Below are positions 7,972-17,026 of a DNA stretch of 32,000 nt, one piece after another. Origin of the DNA: Planctomycetales bacterium. GTDB taxonomy: Bacteria > 4484-113 > JAFGCY01. The notes beneath the pieces are model-generated. The model did no database searches. It was given only the letters and a program-made list of their open reading frames with translations, and was not told the origin of the DNA. The stretch lies in assembly GCA_022646745.1 (NCBI GenBank), contig CP060262.1:3840001-3872000 (forward strand). The letters run 5' to 3'. The position numbers and the translations under genes are program-made. Positions within the stretch are counted from its first letter, which is position 1; every line of letters starts with the position of its first letter.

Positions 7972-10968
7972 TTGTTTCACAACATTTCACGGAATGCAAG
8001 GTTGCCACAAAGAACGGTAAATCTAGTCACTGACCCAAACGAAGGTTGTCCGGTGGGAAGTAGCGATTACGAAAAGCCTGCGAAGAGCCTAACTCCTGGC
8101 TCCATTGTCCATTGCCGCAACAGGGACTGGGTGTACATGCCCGCGGATGATCCCAGTCTGATTCTGCTTCGACCTCTTTCCGGCGTGTCTGACGATGTTA
8201 TCGGGATACGTAAGGACCTGATGGAGCTTATTGGCTACACGCTACCAACAGAGCGAATCCAGCCGTCTTCGTTCACCATCCCCTCCACTACTGACATCTC
8301 AGATGCCGCAAGCACTCACCTGCTGTACCAGGCTGCTCGTCTCGCGCTGCGTGAAGGTTCCACTCCCTTCAGGTCCCTCGGCCACATTTCCGTCAGGCCA
8401 CGAATCTACCAGTTTGTCCCGCTTCTGATGGCTCTGCGGCTGGATCTGATCCGCCTCTTCATTGCGGATGACGTTGGCATAGGGAAAACTGTAGAAGCAT
8501 TGATGATTGCCAGGGAGATGTTCGACCGTGGTGAGATCCGCAACTTCTGCGTGCTTTGCCCACCATATCTCTGTGAACAGTGGCAAGCCGAGATTACCGA
8601 AAAGATGAACATGGATGCCGTTGTGATCCGTTCCGGCACTACCACCCAGCTGGACCGCGCCAAGCCGGCATCTGAAAGCATCTACGCCCATTATCCTGTC
8701 CAGGTTGCCAGTATCGACTTCATCAAGACTGACCGCAATCGCCATGCATTCCTGCAAGACTGCCCGGATATGGTGATTGTTGACGAAGCACACGGTTCAG
8801 CCAACTCCAACAACAACTCTGACAATAAACACTATCGCCACAAGCTGCTGCGTGATATAAGCAACCTTACAGACAAACAGCGCCATCTGATCTTATTGAG
8901 TGCCACACCACACAGCGGCATTGAATCTGCTTTCAGCTCACTACTTGGATTGCTGAACCCGAAGTTCGAAAGCTGGCAGATGGATTCGCTTAGTGAAGAC
9001 CAGCGCATTGAACTTGCCAGGTACTTCGTCCAGCGGACTCGGCCTGACATTAAGCAGGACTGGGATGGAGAGCATTGCTTTCCTGAACGGGATCCTTCAG
9101 ATGAAACATACGCGCTTTCTGCTGCCTACAGGAAGCTGTTTGATAAGACATACGACTTCTGCTCAGAGATAGTCGAATCCGGTCAAAGCCTTGCAAAGAA
9201 CAAGCGACGCGCACGCTTCTGGGGTGCCCTGGCACTGATGCGTTGTGCGATGTCAAGCCCTGCGGCAGCATTGGCAACACTGGAATCACGGCATGACAAG
9301 CTTGATGACAGTGATGATGAGCTTGAATTCCGCGGCTATGTGTTCGAGTCCAGTGAAATGCTCACGGATGATGAGCAACCCCTTCCTCCCGTGGATTCTG
9401 CCGAGGCCACACTTGGCGATTCAGATCGAAGGAAGCTGCGAGCGCTTGGCAAGTTGGCAAAGGAGCTGCTCGATTCAAAAGATGACACCAAGCTGAACCA
9501 ATGCATCAAACTGACCATAGAGCTGCTGGACGATGGCTTCAACCCGATTATCTGGTGCCGCTTCATTGCAACTGCTGAGTATGTTGGCAATGCCCTGCGT
9601 AAGGAACTTTCCAAAGGAAAGTCAGATGTGCAGGTAGTCACCATCACCAGTCGGATGGGAGATGACGAGCGCCAGGCAAAGATCCAGGAGATCAATGGAG
9701 ATCTGCCACGGGTGCTTGTCTCTACAGACTGCCTTAGCGAAGGTATCAACCTGCAGCATGTATTCGATGCGGTGCTACATTACGACCTGCCCTGGAATCC
9801 AAACCGGCTGGAGCAGCGTGAAGGCCGCGTTGATCGTTTCAACCAGCCCTCCAAAGTAGTGAAGAGCATCCGCTATTACAGCCCTGAAAACCCGGTGGAT
9901 GGCGTTGTACTCGAAGTGCTGCTCAACAAAGCCCGGACAATCCACAAGGCGCTTGGAACTTACGTTCCTGTCCCTGAGGAAAGTCAGTCGGTGTTTGAAG
10001 CTCTCCTGAATTCCCTATTCCTGCGTGGCAGACGAGACCAGAATGACCAACTGCGCTTTGACTTCGAAATCGATGATCTCCAGCGGAAGCAGCAACTGCA
10101 GGAGCGCTGGGACAGGGATGTTGAGCGTGAACGTATCAACCGCACCAGGTTTGCCCAGCGCTCGCTAAAGCCTGCAGAAGTCCGCGCTGAACTGGAATCA
10201 ATTGATGAAGTGCTTGGTGACAGCGACGCTGTCAGGCATTTCGTGCTTGCTGCTGCCCAGCGCCTGGACCTGCAGATCAGCAAGGCCGGCGACAAGGATG
10301 TTTACAACGTTGCTGTTGCCAGCACGGCAATAGCCACCGTGCCGCCAGCGATCAGTTTTGCATTGCCTCCCGTTAAAAGTGGAAAGTGGAAGATAACCTT
10401 TTCCTCTCCTACCCCAGAAGGCGCGGAGGATGCGGAGTACATCGGGCGCAATCACAAGCTCGTTGCAGCCATCTCGCGCTACCTGATTGAGGAAGCGCTT
10501 GCCGAGAATGGCAACCCTGCCGTATCCAGGTGTGGAGTCATCCGCTCAAAGAGAATCGCCAACAGGACTACCATCCTGTTACTGCGAATTAGATACCTTC
10601 TCAAGAAACCGGACGGTCATACTCAGATGTCCGAGGAAGTGCTGGTGATGGGCTATGAGGGAAGCAAGCCTTCCCTGCCAAAGTGGCTGCCTGATTCCGA
10701 AAGCCTGCGCCTGCTTGCAGAAGTCCTGCCCGATGCAAACATTCCACTGAATGAAAAGCAGGCATTGCTCAGTCCCGTGCTTGATAACTGGTCAGAACTT
10801 GAAGGCGCCATCGTGCCGAAAATCGAGGAACGAGCAGCAGCCCTTGAAGCGGCGCATAAGCGAGTTCGCCAGGCGTCTTCACAGATCGTGCGTGGCCTCA
10901 AGGTTGAAGCACAGCTGCCGCCCGACCTCCTGGGAATCGTGGTCATCGATCCGCTGGGGGACAAATGA
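7972..10968 (+). CDS. drmD: SNF2/RapA-like superfamily-2 helicase, DISARM DrmD-like
   Basis: Motif I is IADDVGIGKTVEAL, motif II is VIVDEAHGS and motif III is LLSATPHSG. The helicase-C region is VLVSTDCLSEGINLQHVFDAVLHYDLPWNPNRLEQREGRVDRFNQ. The start is uncertain: TTG 7972 in the track, or GTG 8053 preceded by GAAGG. The stop overlaps the next start (ATGA at 10965-10968). Confidence 0.8.
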   Translation: MFHNISRNARLPQRTVNLVTDPNEGCPVGSSDYEKPAKSLTPGSIVHCRNRDWVYMPADDPSLILLRPLSGVSDDVIGIRKDLMELIGYTLPTERIQPSSFTIPSTTDISDAASTHLLYQAARLALREGSTPFRSLGHISVRPRIYQFVPLLMALRLDLIRLFIADDVGIGKTVEALMIAREMFDRGEIRNFCVLCPPYLCEQWQAEITEKMNMDAVVIRSGTTTQLDRAKPASESIYAHYPVQVASIDFIKTDRNRHAFLQDCPDMVIVDEAHGSANSNNNSDNKHYRHKLLRDISNLTDKQRHLILLSATPHSGIESAFSSLLGLLNPKFESWQMDSLSEDQRIELARYFVQRTRPDIKQDWDGEHCFPERDPSDETYALSAAYRKLFDKTYDFCSEIVESGQSLAKNKRRARFWGALALMRCAMSSPAAALATLESRHDKLDDSDDELEFRGYVFESSEMLTDDEQPLPPVDSAEATLGDSDRRKLRALGKLAKELLDSKDDTKLNQCIKLTIELLDDGFNPIIWCRFIATAEYVGNALRKELSKGKSDVQVVTITSRMGDDERQAKIQEINGDLPRVLVSTDCLSEGINLQHVFDAVLHYDLPWNPNRLEQREGRVDRFNQPSKVVKSIRYYSPENPVDGVVLEVLLNKARTIHKALGTYVPVPEESQSVFEALLNSLFLRGRRDQNDQLRFDFEIDDLQRKQQLQERWDRDVERERINRTRFAQRSLKPAEVRAELESIDEVLGDSDAVRHFVLAAAQRLDLQISKAGDKDVYNVAVASTAIATVPPAISFALPPVKSGKWKITFSSPTPEGAEDAEYIGRNHKLVAAISRYLIEEALAENGNPAVSRCGVIRSKRIANRTTILLLRIRYLLKKPDGHTQMSEEVLVMGYEGSKPSLPKWLPDSESLRLLAEVLPDANIPLNEKQALLSPVLDNWSELEGAIVPKIEERAAALEAAHKRVRQASSQIVRGLKVEAQLPPDLLGIVVIDPLGDK

Positions 10969-13900
10969 GCAACTACCCCGCAATCAGGATCGAAGGTGGA
11001 CTGATCAGCTCAGACCTGCTGGACCAGATCTCCGCCGCTGAACTGCCGGGGCTCAAGCCTGCGGACTTCGGCCTTCCAGCCAAACGCAACCTGACAGATG
11101 AAATAGCTGCAATCTTTGCTGAGGCTCGCGCCCAATACGAAGTCTTCAAGAGCCGCCGCGATCGCCTGCAGGTGGATGATATTGGCACGAGTACTACCCG
11201 CGACTTCTGGATGATTCCGCTGTTGTCAACTCTTGGCTATCAGATGACTTACAATCCCAAGGCATACGAAGCCGGCGGCCTGAGCTTTGCCATCTCGCAC
11301 CGAGCAGGCGACGATGAAGACTCATTGCCACTTCACATCGTCGGCTTCCGGCAGGAGCTCGGCAAGCTGCCCGCCTCAGGCCGTCCACGCATGGCTCCGC
11401 ATACCCTCGTGCAGGAATATCTCAACCGCACCGAGCATGTCTGGAGCATTGTCAGCAACGGCCTAACCCTGCGCGTGCTGCGCGACTGCAGCTTCATCCG
11501 GCGCCAGGCCTATATCGAATTCAACCTTGAGCAGATCTTCGAGGACCAGCGCTTCCCCGAGTTTCGCCTACTCTACATGCTGCTGCACCGCAGCCGTTTC
11601 CCGCAGGGCATTGACGACTCCGAGTCCTGCCTGATTGAGCAGTATTACAAGCACAGCGTTGAGCAGGGTGGCCGTGTCAGGGAGAACCTACGTGATGGCG
11701 TGGAGCAATGCATTGAGATGCTGGCCAATGGCTTCCTCAGCCATTCTGCCAATGATTCTCTGCGCAACAAACTGACTCTACCCAGCTCAGACCCTGACCA
11801 CCTCAGCGCTATCAGCCTCTACCGCCAACTGCTGCGGCTGGTCTATCGTTTCCTCTTCTTGCTTGTGTCCGAGGAACGCGGGTTGATCAGTTCTGATCCC
11901 GCCTACAGGAAGTACTACGGCATCTCCCGGCTGCGTAAGGCGGTTGACAACCGCTCCGCCTACTCCGCATATGACGACATCTGGCAGGGTCTGCGTGTGC
12001 TGTGGCAGGTGCTGTCCGATGAGCGGATGGCAGCTATGTTCAATGCCGCCCCGCTCAATGGTGAGCTGTTTGCCCACCAGACTCTTGACTCCTGCTCGAT
12101 CCATAACAAGGACTTCCTTGAGGCGCTGCACAGGCTTGTCTACTACGAAGAGAAGAAGGGTGCTCCCTTGCGCCGGGTCAACTATGCTGCGCTGGATGTG
12201 GAGGAGCTCGGCTCTGTCTACGAAAGCCTGCTGGAGTTCCATCCGGAAATCTCGAAGAATGGACGCGGGCTGCCCAGCTTTGAGCTTGTCTCCGGCTCAG
12301 AGCGCAAGACCACAGGCTCCTATTACACTCCGCCGCAGCTTGTGAATGAACTGATCCGCTCAGCGCTGGAGCCTGTGATCGAGGAACGGCTGCAGGCAGT
12401 AAAGGATAAGGTTCCCGACAGGACCAGCCTGGACTACAAACAGCGGGCCAGCAAATCACTGCTGGGCCTGCGTGTCTGTGACCCGGCCTGCGGCAGTGGG
12501 CATTTCCTGCTGGCAGCCGCACGGCGCATTGGCAAGGAGCTTGCCAGGGTTGTCTCCGGTGAAGAGGAGCCGGCTCCGGACCAGACAAGGGAATCCGTGC
12601 GTGAGGTGATCTCGCACTGCATCTATGGCGTGGACAAGAACCCGCTGGCTGTGGACCTCTGCCGGGTAGCACTCTGGCTAGAAAGCCACTATGGAGAGAA
12701 GCCCCTCTCCTTCCTGGACCACCATATCCGCTGCGGCGATTCCCTGATTGGCATCTTTGACCTGCATGTGCTCAGCCAGGGCATTCCTGATGCCGCCTAC
12801 AAGGACCTTGAGGGTGATGACAAGGAAGTCGCCAGGAAGTGGAAGAAGGTAAATAAGGAGCAGCGCGAGGGTGGCAACAGCCTGTTTGGAGTTGATCCAG
12901 GGCAGGCTCTGGATCAACTGGCGCAGGCTGGACGGGAGGTTGACCAGCTCGGGGATGACTCCCCGGAAGCAGTGCGCCGCAAGAAGCAGGTTTACATCCA
13001 GAACCACAATGACGAACATTGGCTGCAACTCAAGACAGCCTGCGACATGTGGTGCGCAGCCTTCTTCCAGCCGTACCAGAAGGGACAGCCTGCAATCACA
13101 ACGGAGCATGTCAACGACGTGCTTGGCAACAGGCCGGTGGATGAACGGCTAAACGGGATTGCGCTGGAGTATAGCGAGAAGCTGCCATTCTTCCACTGGC
13201 CGCTGGAGTTCCCGGAGGTGTTTGCGGATGGTGGCTTTGATGTAGTGCTTGGCAATCCACCTTGGGAACGAGTGAAGCTGCAGGAAAAAGAATTCTTTGC
13301 CAGCAGAGATTCTAAAATTGCAAATGCCGCAAATAAAGCTGCACGTGACAGGATGATCAAGGCACTTTTGCAGCAATCTGAGAATAGCCATCAGTGGCAA
13401 CTTTATCAAAGCTTCCGGGAAGCAAAGCGTGAGGCCGAAGCAATTAGCCAGATCCTGCGAAACAGCGATCAGTATCCACTCTGTGGGCGCGGTGATGTCA
13501 ATACATACTCCGTGTTCGCTGAGCGAAATCGCAATCTGATACGCCCGACCGGTCGGGTAGGCTGCATCGTGCCAACCGGCATTGCCACTGACGACACCAC
13601 CAAGTTCTTCTTCCAGGACCTGATGCGTACCAAATCATTGGCAAGCCTGTATGACTTTGAGAACCGAGCCAAACTGTTTCCGGCAGTGGACAGCCGCATG
13701 AAATTCTGCCTGTTGACACTGACGGGATTGCAGGTCGGAGTCTCGAAAGGCGCAGACTTTGTCTTCTTTGCACATGAATCTTCAGACCTCAATGAAGATT
13801 GGCGACACTTCCGCCTGACCGATGCGGATATAGCATTGCTGAATCCGAATACTATGACGTGTCCGGTGTTTCGCGGGGCGCGAGATGCTGAAATCACAAA

Positions 13901-15215
13901 ACAAATATATAGACAGATACCAATTTTAGTGAGTTTAACTACTCATGGTGAATTGGACTGGTCTGTCAATTTGTCAACAATGATCCACTTGACCAATGAT
14001 TCAAACTTGTTAATTCCAAATGATAACGATGTTCATGCAGATTTACCAACAGCAATGGAAAATGATGAAACCCTGTCACCAACTTTCCTGCGCTTGTTTG
14101 AAGGAAAAATGGGACATCAATATGATCACAGATTTGCGGGTTATTATGAGAGTGACTATGTTCTAACGCCTGTTAGGAACAAAATAGATCCTTTGTTTCA
14201 GATTCGTTCTAAGTATTTAATGAACTTAAATGATTTCATCGTTGTTGGATCAAAGTGGCACGAATCTAGTGCATCTTGCTTTCTAGGATTTCGTCGCGTA
14301 TCTAGAAATAATGATGAGAGAACTAGTATCGCCTGTATACTTCCGCAAGAGCCAAATACTTATGGATGGATTGTTTCATTAGGAATTTCAGGAAGTGAAC
14401 AATGCCTTCTATTGGCCAATTACAATTCCTTTATATTAGATTACTGTTTACGTAACACATTAAGCCAACCTAGTATTCCCCAAGGGACTTTCGAGCAACT
14501 CCCTGTGTTGCCACCATCAACTTATAAGCAAGCAACCCCTTGGCAGGCCGAGCTCACACTCTCCGACTGGATCAGGCCGCGTGTGCTGGAGCTGTCATAC
14601 ACCGCCTGGGACTTGGAACCCTTTGGACGGGATCTTGTCAGCGTGGCAGATCAGTCCTTCCGCGACTATGTCAAGGCCGTACCCTTCGACCCGGCAAAAG
14701 TGCCCTACAACCTGGATCACCTGCTGGGGAGGCCTGGTATCAGTCAGGCAAATGGAGCTGCGGCGCAAGTCGGACAACCGTACGCTAACAATGATGATCT
14801 TGTAGTTGATGGACACATCGAAGAAGTTGCAACACCCTTCACCATCCCGCCCTACCGCTGGGACGAGGCTCGGCGCTTTCTGCTCCGTTGCGAACTAGAC
14901 GCGGCCTACTTCCACCTCTACGGCATCCAGCGTGATGACGTAGACTACATCATGGACACGTTCCCGATTGTCAAACGAAAGGATGAGGCGCAGTACAAGT
15001 TGAAGGTGCTGCCGGGAGAACCGGGCTACCCTGCAAACCCCAGCGAATACAAAGCAGCTGAAGACGGCTCAGTCGAGATCGGCGACTATCGCACCAAGCG
15101 TGTAATCCTGGAGATCTACGACGAAATGGCGCGCGCTCAAATGCGCGGCGTGCATTATAAGACGAGACTAGAACCACCTCCGGCCAGCCCGGAGTGCCAG
15201 CATGATTGGGAGTAG
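10965..15215 (+). CDS. drmMI: Large gamma-class N6-adenine DNA methyltransferase (YeeA/Eco57I-like), DISARM DrmMI-like
   Basis: 1416 aa. The SAM-binding motif I is VCDPACGSGHFLLAAARRI and catalytic motif IV is VLGNPPWERVK. GSYYTPPQLVNELI is present. Family-typical C-terminal motifs are EGKMGHQYDHRF and RCELDAAYFHLYGIQRDDVDYIMDTFPIVKRKDE...GDYRTKRVILEIYDEM. GGGGGA precedes ATG 10965. Confidence 0.85.
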   Translation: MSNYPAIRIEGGLISSDLLDQISAAELPGLKPADFGLPAKRNLTDEIAAIFAEARAQYEVFKSRRDRLQVDDIGTSTTRDFWMIPLLSTLGYQMTYNPKAYEAGGLSFAISHRAGDDEDSLPLHIVGFRQELGKLPASGRPRMAPHTLVQEYLNRTEHVWSIVSNGLTLRVLRDCSFIRRQAYIEFNLEQIFEDQRFPEFRLLYMLLHRSRFPQGIDDSESCLIEQYYKHSVEQGGRVRENLRDGVEQCIEMLANGFLSHSANDSLRNKLTLPSSDPDHLSAISLYRQLLRLVYRFLFLLVSEERGLISSDPAYRKYYGISRLRKAVDNRSAYSAYDDIWQGLRVLWQVLSDERMAAMFNAAPLNGELFAHQTLDSCSIHNKDFLEALHRLVYYEEKKGAPLRRVNYAALDVEELGSVYESLLEFHPEISKNGRGLPSFELVSGSERKTTGSYYTPPQLVNELIRSALEPVIEERLQAVKDKVPDRTSLDYKQRASKSLLGLRVCDPACGSGHFLLAAARRIGKELARVVSGEEEPAPDQTRESVREVISHCIYGVDKNPLAVDLCRVALWLESHYGEKPLSFLDHHIRCGDSLIGIFDLHVLSQGIPDAAYKDLEGDDKEVARKWKKVNKEQREGGNSLFGVDPGQALDQLAQAGREVDQLGDDSPEAVRRKKQVYIQNHNDEHWLQLKTACDMWCAAFFQPYQKGQPAITTEHVNDVLGNRPVDERLNGIALEYSEKLPFFHWPLEFPEVFADGGFDVVLGNPPWERVKLQEKEFFASRDSKIANAANKAARDRMIKALLQQSENSHQWQLYQSFREAKREAEAISQILRNSDQYPLCGRGDVNTYSVFAERNRNLIRPTGRVGCIVPTGIATDDTTKFFFQDLMRTKSLASLYDFENRAKLFPAVDSRMKFCLLTLTGLQVGVSKGADFVFFAHESSDLNEDWRHFRLTDADIALLNPNTMTCPVFRGARDAEITKQIYRQIPILVSLTTHGELDWSVNLSTMIHLTNDSNLLIPNDNDVHADLPTAMENDETLSPTFLRLFEGKMGHQYDHRFAGYYESDYVLTPVRNKIDPLFQIRSKYLMNLNDFIVVGSKWHESSASCFLGFRRVSRNNDERTSIACILPQEPNTYGWIVSLGISGSEQCLLLANYNSFILDYCLRNTLSQPSIPQGTFEQLPVLPPSTYKQATPWQAELTLSDWIRPRVLELSYTAWDLEPFGRDLVSVADQSFRDYVKAVPFDPAKVPYNLDHLLGRPGISQANGAAAQVGQPYANNDDLVVDGHIEEVATPFTIPPYRWDEARRFLLRCELDAAYFHLYGIQRDDVDYIMDTFPIVKRKDEAQYKLKVLPGEPGYPANPSEYKAAEDGSVEIGDYRTKRVILEIYDEMARAQMRGVHYKTRLEPPPASPECQHDWE

Positions 15216-15945
15216 GAGGTATGAATTGAAAGACATTATAAAAGAATCTATGGAGCGTTCTAAGAATGAGCTAGGTCCTGCGTTTCAGTTTTTTGTGCTT
15301 CCATTAACGCCAGATGCTAGCGGAGAAGTATTCATACCGAATGCTCAACGAGAACCAGCGTGGAACATGTTGATTTACGAACTTCAGCAGTTTGGTTTTA
15401 CTGCAGAGCACTTTTCCGAAAAACTCAATGCAGTATTCGGATCAAGTAATCAACTAGAAGTTCTTCAAGAAATTGCACGACGAGTAGAAGCAGGAAACCT
15501 TCCAGCATTCTATGACGTATTTAAGAGGTACCCAGAATTTAAACAGAATTACAGCAAACTATCTGACGGCACTTACTTCTTCGCTGTTGGCGATCCTGAA
15601 TATTTCTACTTACGGGGCTTGCTGAATACTGCCACAGATGTTCGTAGAGAAAATGAACAGGAAACAACTAGAAAGCACGAGTTCAGATTGGGTTTACTCA
15701 ATACAATTGTCGCTGCGCTCATCACTGCTACTACAACAATTCTAATCGCGATCCCTAGCTGCATTAACAATGAGTATGAGGGCCTAGAGAAGGCTATTGG
15801 AGATACTAACAGCAAGCTGGTTGATTTGCAGAGAGTTATACAAGATAAGCAAGTCGCAGGTGAAGTGGAGATTTCGAATGACGTGCTTTCTGTTGAGCTT
15901 GAACAGGACAATCCGCAGCAGGTCAATCATTCCGGAGCAAACTAA
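15202..15945 (+). CDS. Hypothetical single-pass membrane protein (about 165-aa N-terminal domain, TM helix, coiled-coil-like tail)
   Basis: 247-aa ORF. The TM segment is LGLLNTIVAALITATTTILIAIP. ATG 15202 overlaps the methylase end by 14 nt. TTG 15226 is an alternative start, 6 nt after a strong AGGAGG (15214-19). The TAA at 15943-45 lies 1 nt before the next ATG. A sampled line has about 40% GC. Confidence 0.6.
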   Translation: MIGSRRYELKDIIKESMERSKNELGPAFQFFVLPLTPDASGEVFIPNAQREPAWNMLIYELQQFGFTAEHFSEKLNAVFGSSNQLEVLQEIARRVEAGNLPAFYDVFKRYPEFKQNYSKLSDGTYFFAVGDPEYFYLRGLLNTATDVRRENEQETTRKHEFRLGLLNTIVAALITATTTILIAIPSCINNEYEGLEKAIGDTNSKLVDLQRVIQDKQVAGEVEISNDVLSVELEQDNPQQVNHSGAN

Positions 15946-15946
15946 G

Positions 15947-17026
15947 ATGCCCCTGACTGAAGACATTCGTGCCGAAGCTGTCCAACGCTACTTCCGTGAG
16001 CGCGATCGATATGCAAAACTCGCCGAAGCAGTAGAGCACCGTGTTCGCCAAGTCGTTGATTTTCGCATGGTGCATGCAGTAATCCAGAGCAGAGTCAAAA
16101 CCGTCGAAAGCTTTAATGGCAAGCTTTTACGTTGGATGAAGAATGGCAGCAAGGACGATGAGATCAACTCGGTGGATGATGTGTTTCGTGTAATGGGCGA
16201 CCTGGCAGCGGTCAGAGTGCTGACCTACCTGGAAGAAGACAGAGAGAAGGTAGTCGAAATGTTCTCCCAGGCTTTCGTCAATAAACAGGGAAATCGGTTG
16301 CGCTCCGCGCCCGGTGATGTAGAAAGGAAACCTGACCCAAACGACACGAGTGGAAAGTCCAGCCAGAATTATCGCGCTACACATTGCAGGGTATTTCTGC
16401 ATGAGGATGAGTGTGAAGGTGTGCATGAGAACCTATCAGGTACGCCATGTGAGATCCAGGTCTGCAGCCTGCTTGCCCATGTCTGGAACGAGATTGAGCA
16501 CGATATCGGATATAAGCCATACGGTGGCGAATTGAGCACGGATGAGAAGAAGTATCTACAGCAACTCGCGGACCTGACAGTTGACGGTGATGTGATTATC
16601 AAGCAGCTGATTGCGGCATCGAATGCCAAGGCTTATGAGCTTGAGGGCGATTTCAAGAACCAGCAGGACTTCTGGTTCAGGCTGAAAGAATTGATCGGTT
16701 TCCCAGCAGACATGTCGCTGGTTGATGAGACGTATTACGAGATGATCGCCTGCGGTCTGAAATCACCATTGGATGTACAGACTAAGTTGCTTACCGGCGA
16801 CTACCATAAGAGGGCTCAGCAACTCATCCGGGACTTCAACCAGTATTGTGAAGAAAAGGAATTGACAATTAGGTTAGAGGTTGATGAATGGCTCACCGTA
16901 CTTTTCGTATCGGAGTGCTGGCAGCAGATCCTGAAGCGTGCAGATAAGAAGGTCCAAAAAGCTCATCCACGACGAATCGTGACAATCGCCGAATCAATGA
17001 AGAGGATGCTAAAGGGCGGAAAATGA
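15947..17026 (+). CDS. RelA/SpoT-homologue (RSH) nucleotide pyrophosphokinase domain protein, small-alarmone-synthetase/toxSAS-like, with a C-terminal extension of about 130 aa
   Basis: All four synthetase-domain motifs occur in order: SRVKTVESFNGKLLR (R.K...S...K), GDLAAVRVLTY (D.aG.R), NYRATHCRVFL (Y.s.H) and CEIQVCSLLAHVWNEIEHDIGYKP (EiQirt...h.Wa..eH...YK). I take ATG 15947 as the start, since the track's 15797 start overlaps the previous gene. The stop overlaps the helicase start (ATGA at 17023-17026). Confidence 0.75.
   Translation: MPLTEDIRAEAVQRYFRERDRYAKLAEAVEHRVRQVVDFRMVHAVIQSRVKTVESFNGKLLRWMKNGSKDDEINSVDDVFRVMGDLAAVRVLTYLEEDREKVVEMFSQAFVNKQGNRLRSAPGDVERKPDPNDTSGKSSQNYRATHCRVFLHEDECEGVHENLSGTPCEIQVCSLLAHVWNEIEHDIGYKPYGGELSTDEKKYLQQLADLTVDGDVIIKQLIAASNAKAYELEGDFKNQQDFWFRLKELIGFPADMSLVDETYYEMIACGLKSPLDVQTKLLTGDYHKRAQQLIRDFNQYCEEKELTIRLEVDEWLTVLFVSECWQQILKRADKKVQKAHPRRIVTIAESMKRMLKGGK

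Noticed and set aside
11787-12672. 151-164-aa antisense ORFs inside the methylase gene
   Set aside because: They lie opposite the region encoding methylase motif I. They are shadow ORFs.
15221-15229. ATG directly after the strong AGGAGG at 15214-15219
   Set aside because: That frame reads ATG AAT TGA, only two codons. The Shine-Dalgarno sequence more likely serves the in-frame TTG at 15226, or the gene starts at ATG 15202.
15797-15946. 50-aa N-terminal extension of the RSH gene in the ORF track
   Set aside because: It overlaps the 3' end of the preceding ORF in another frame. ATG 15947 sits 1 nt after that gene's stop, and the RSH homology begins there.
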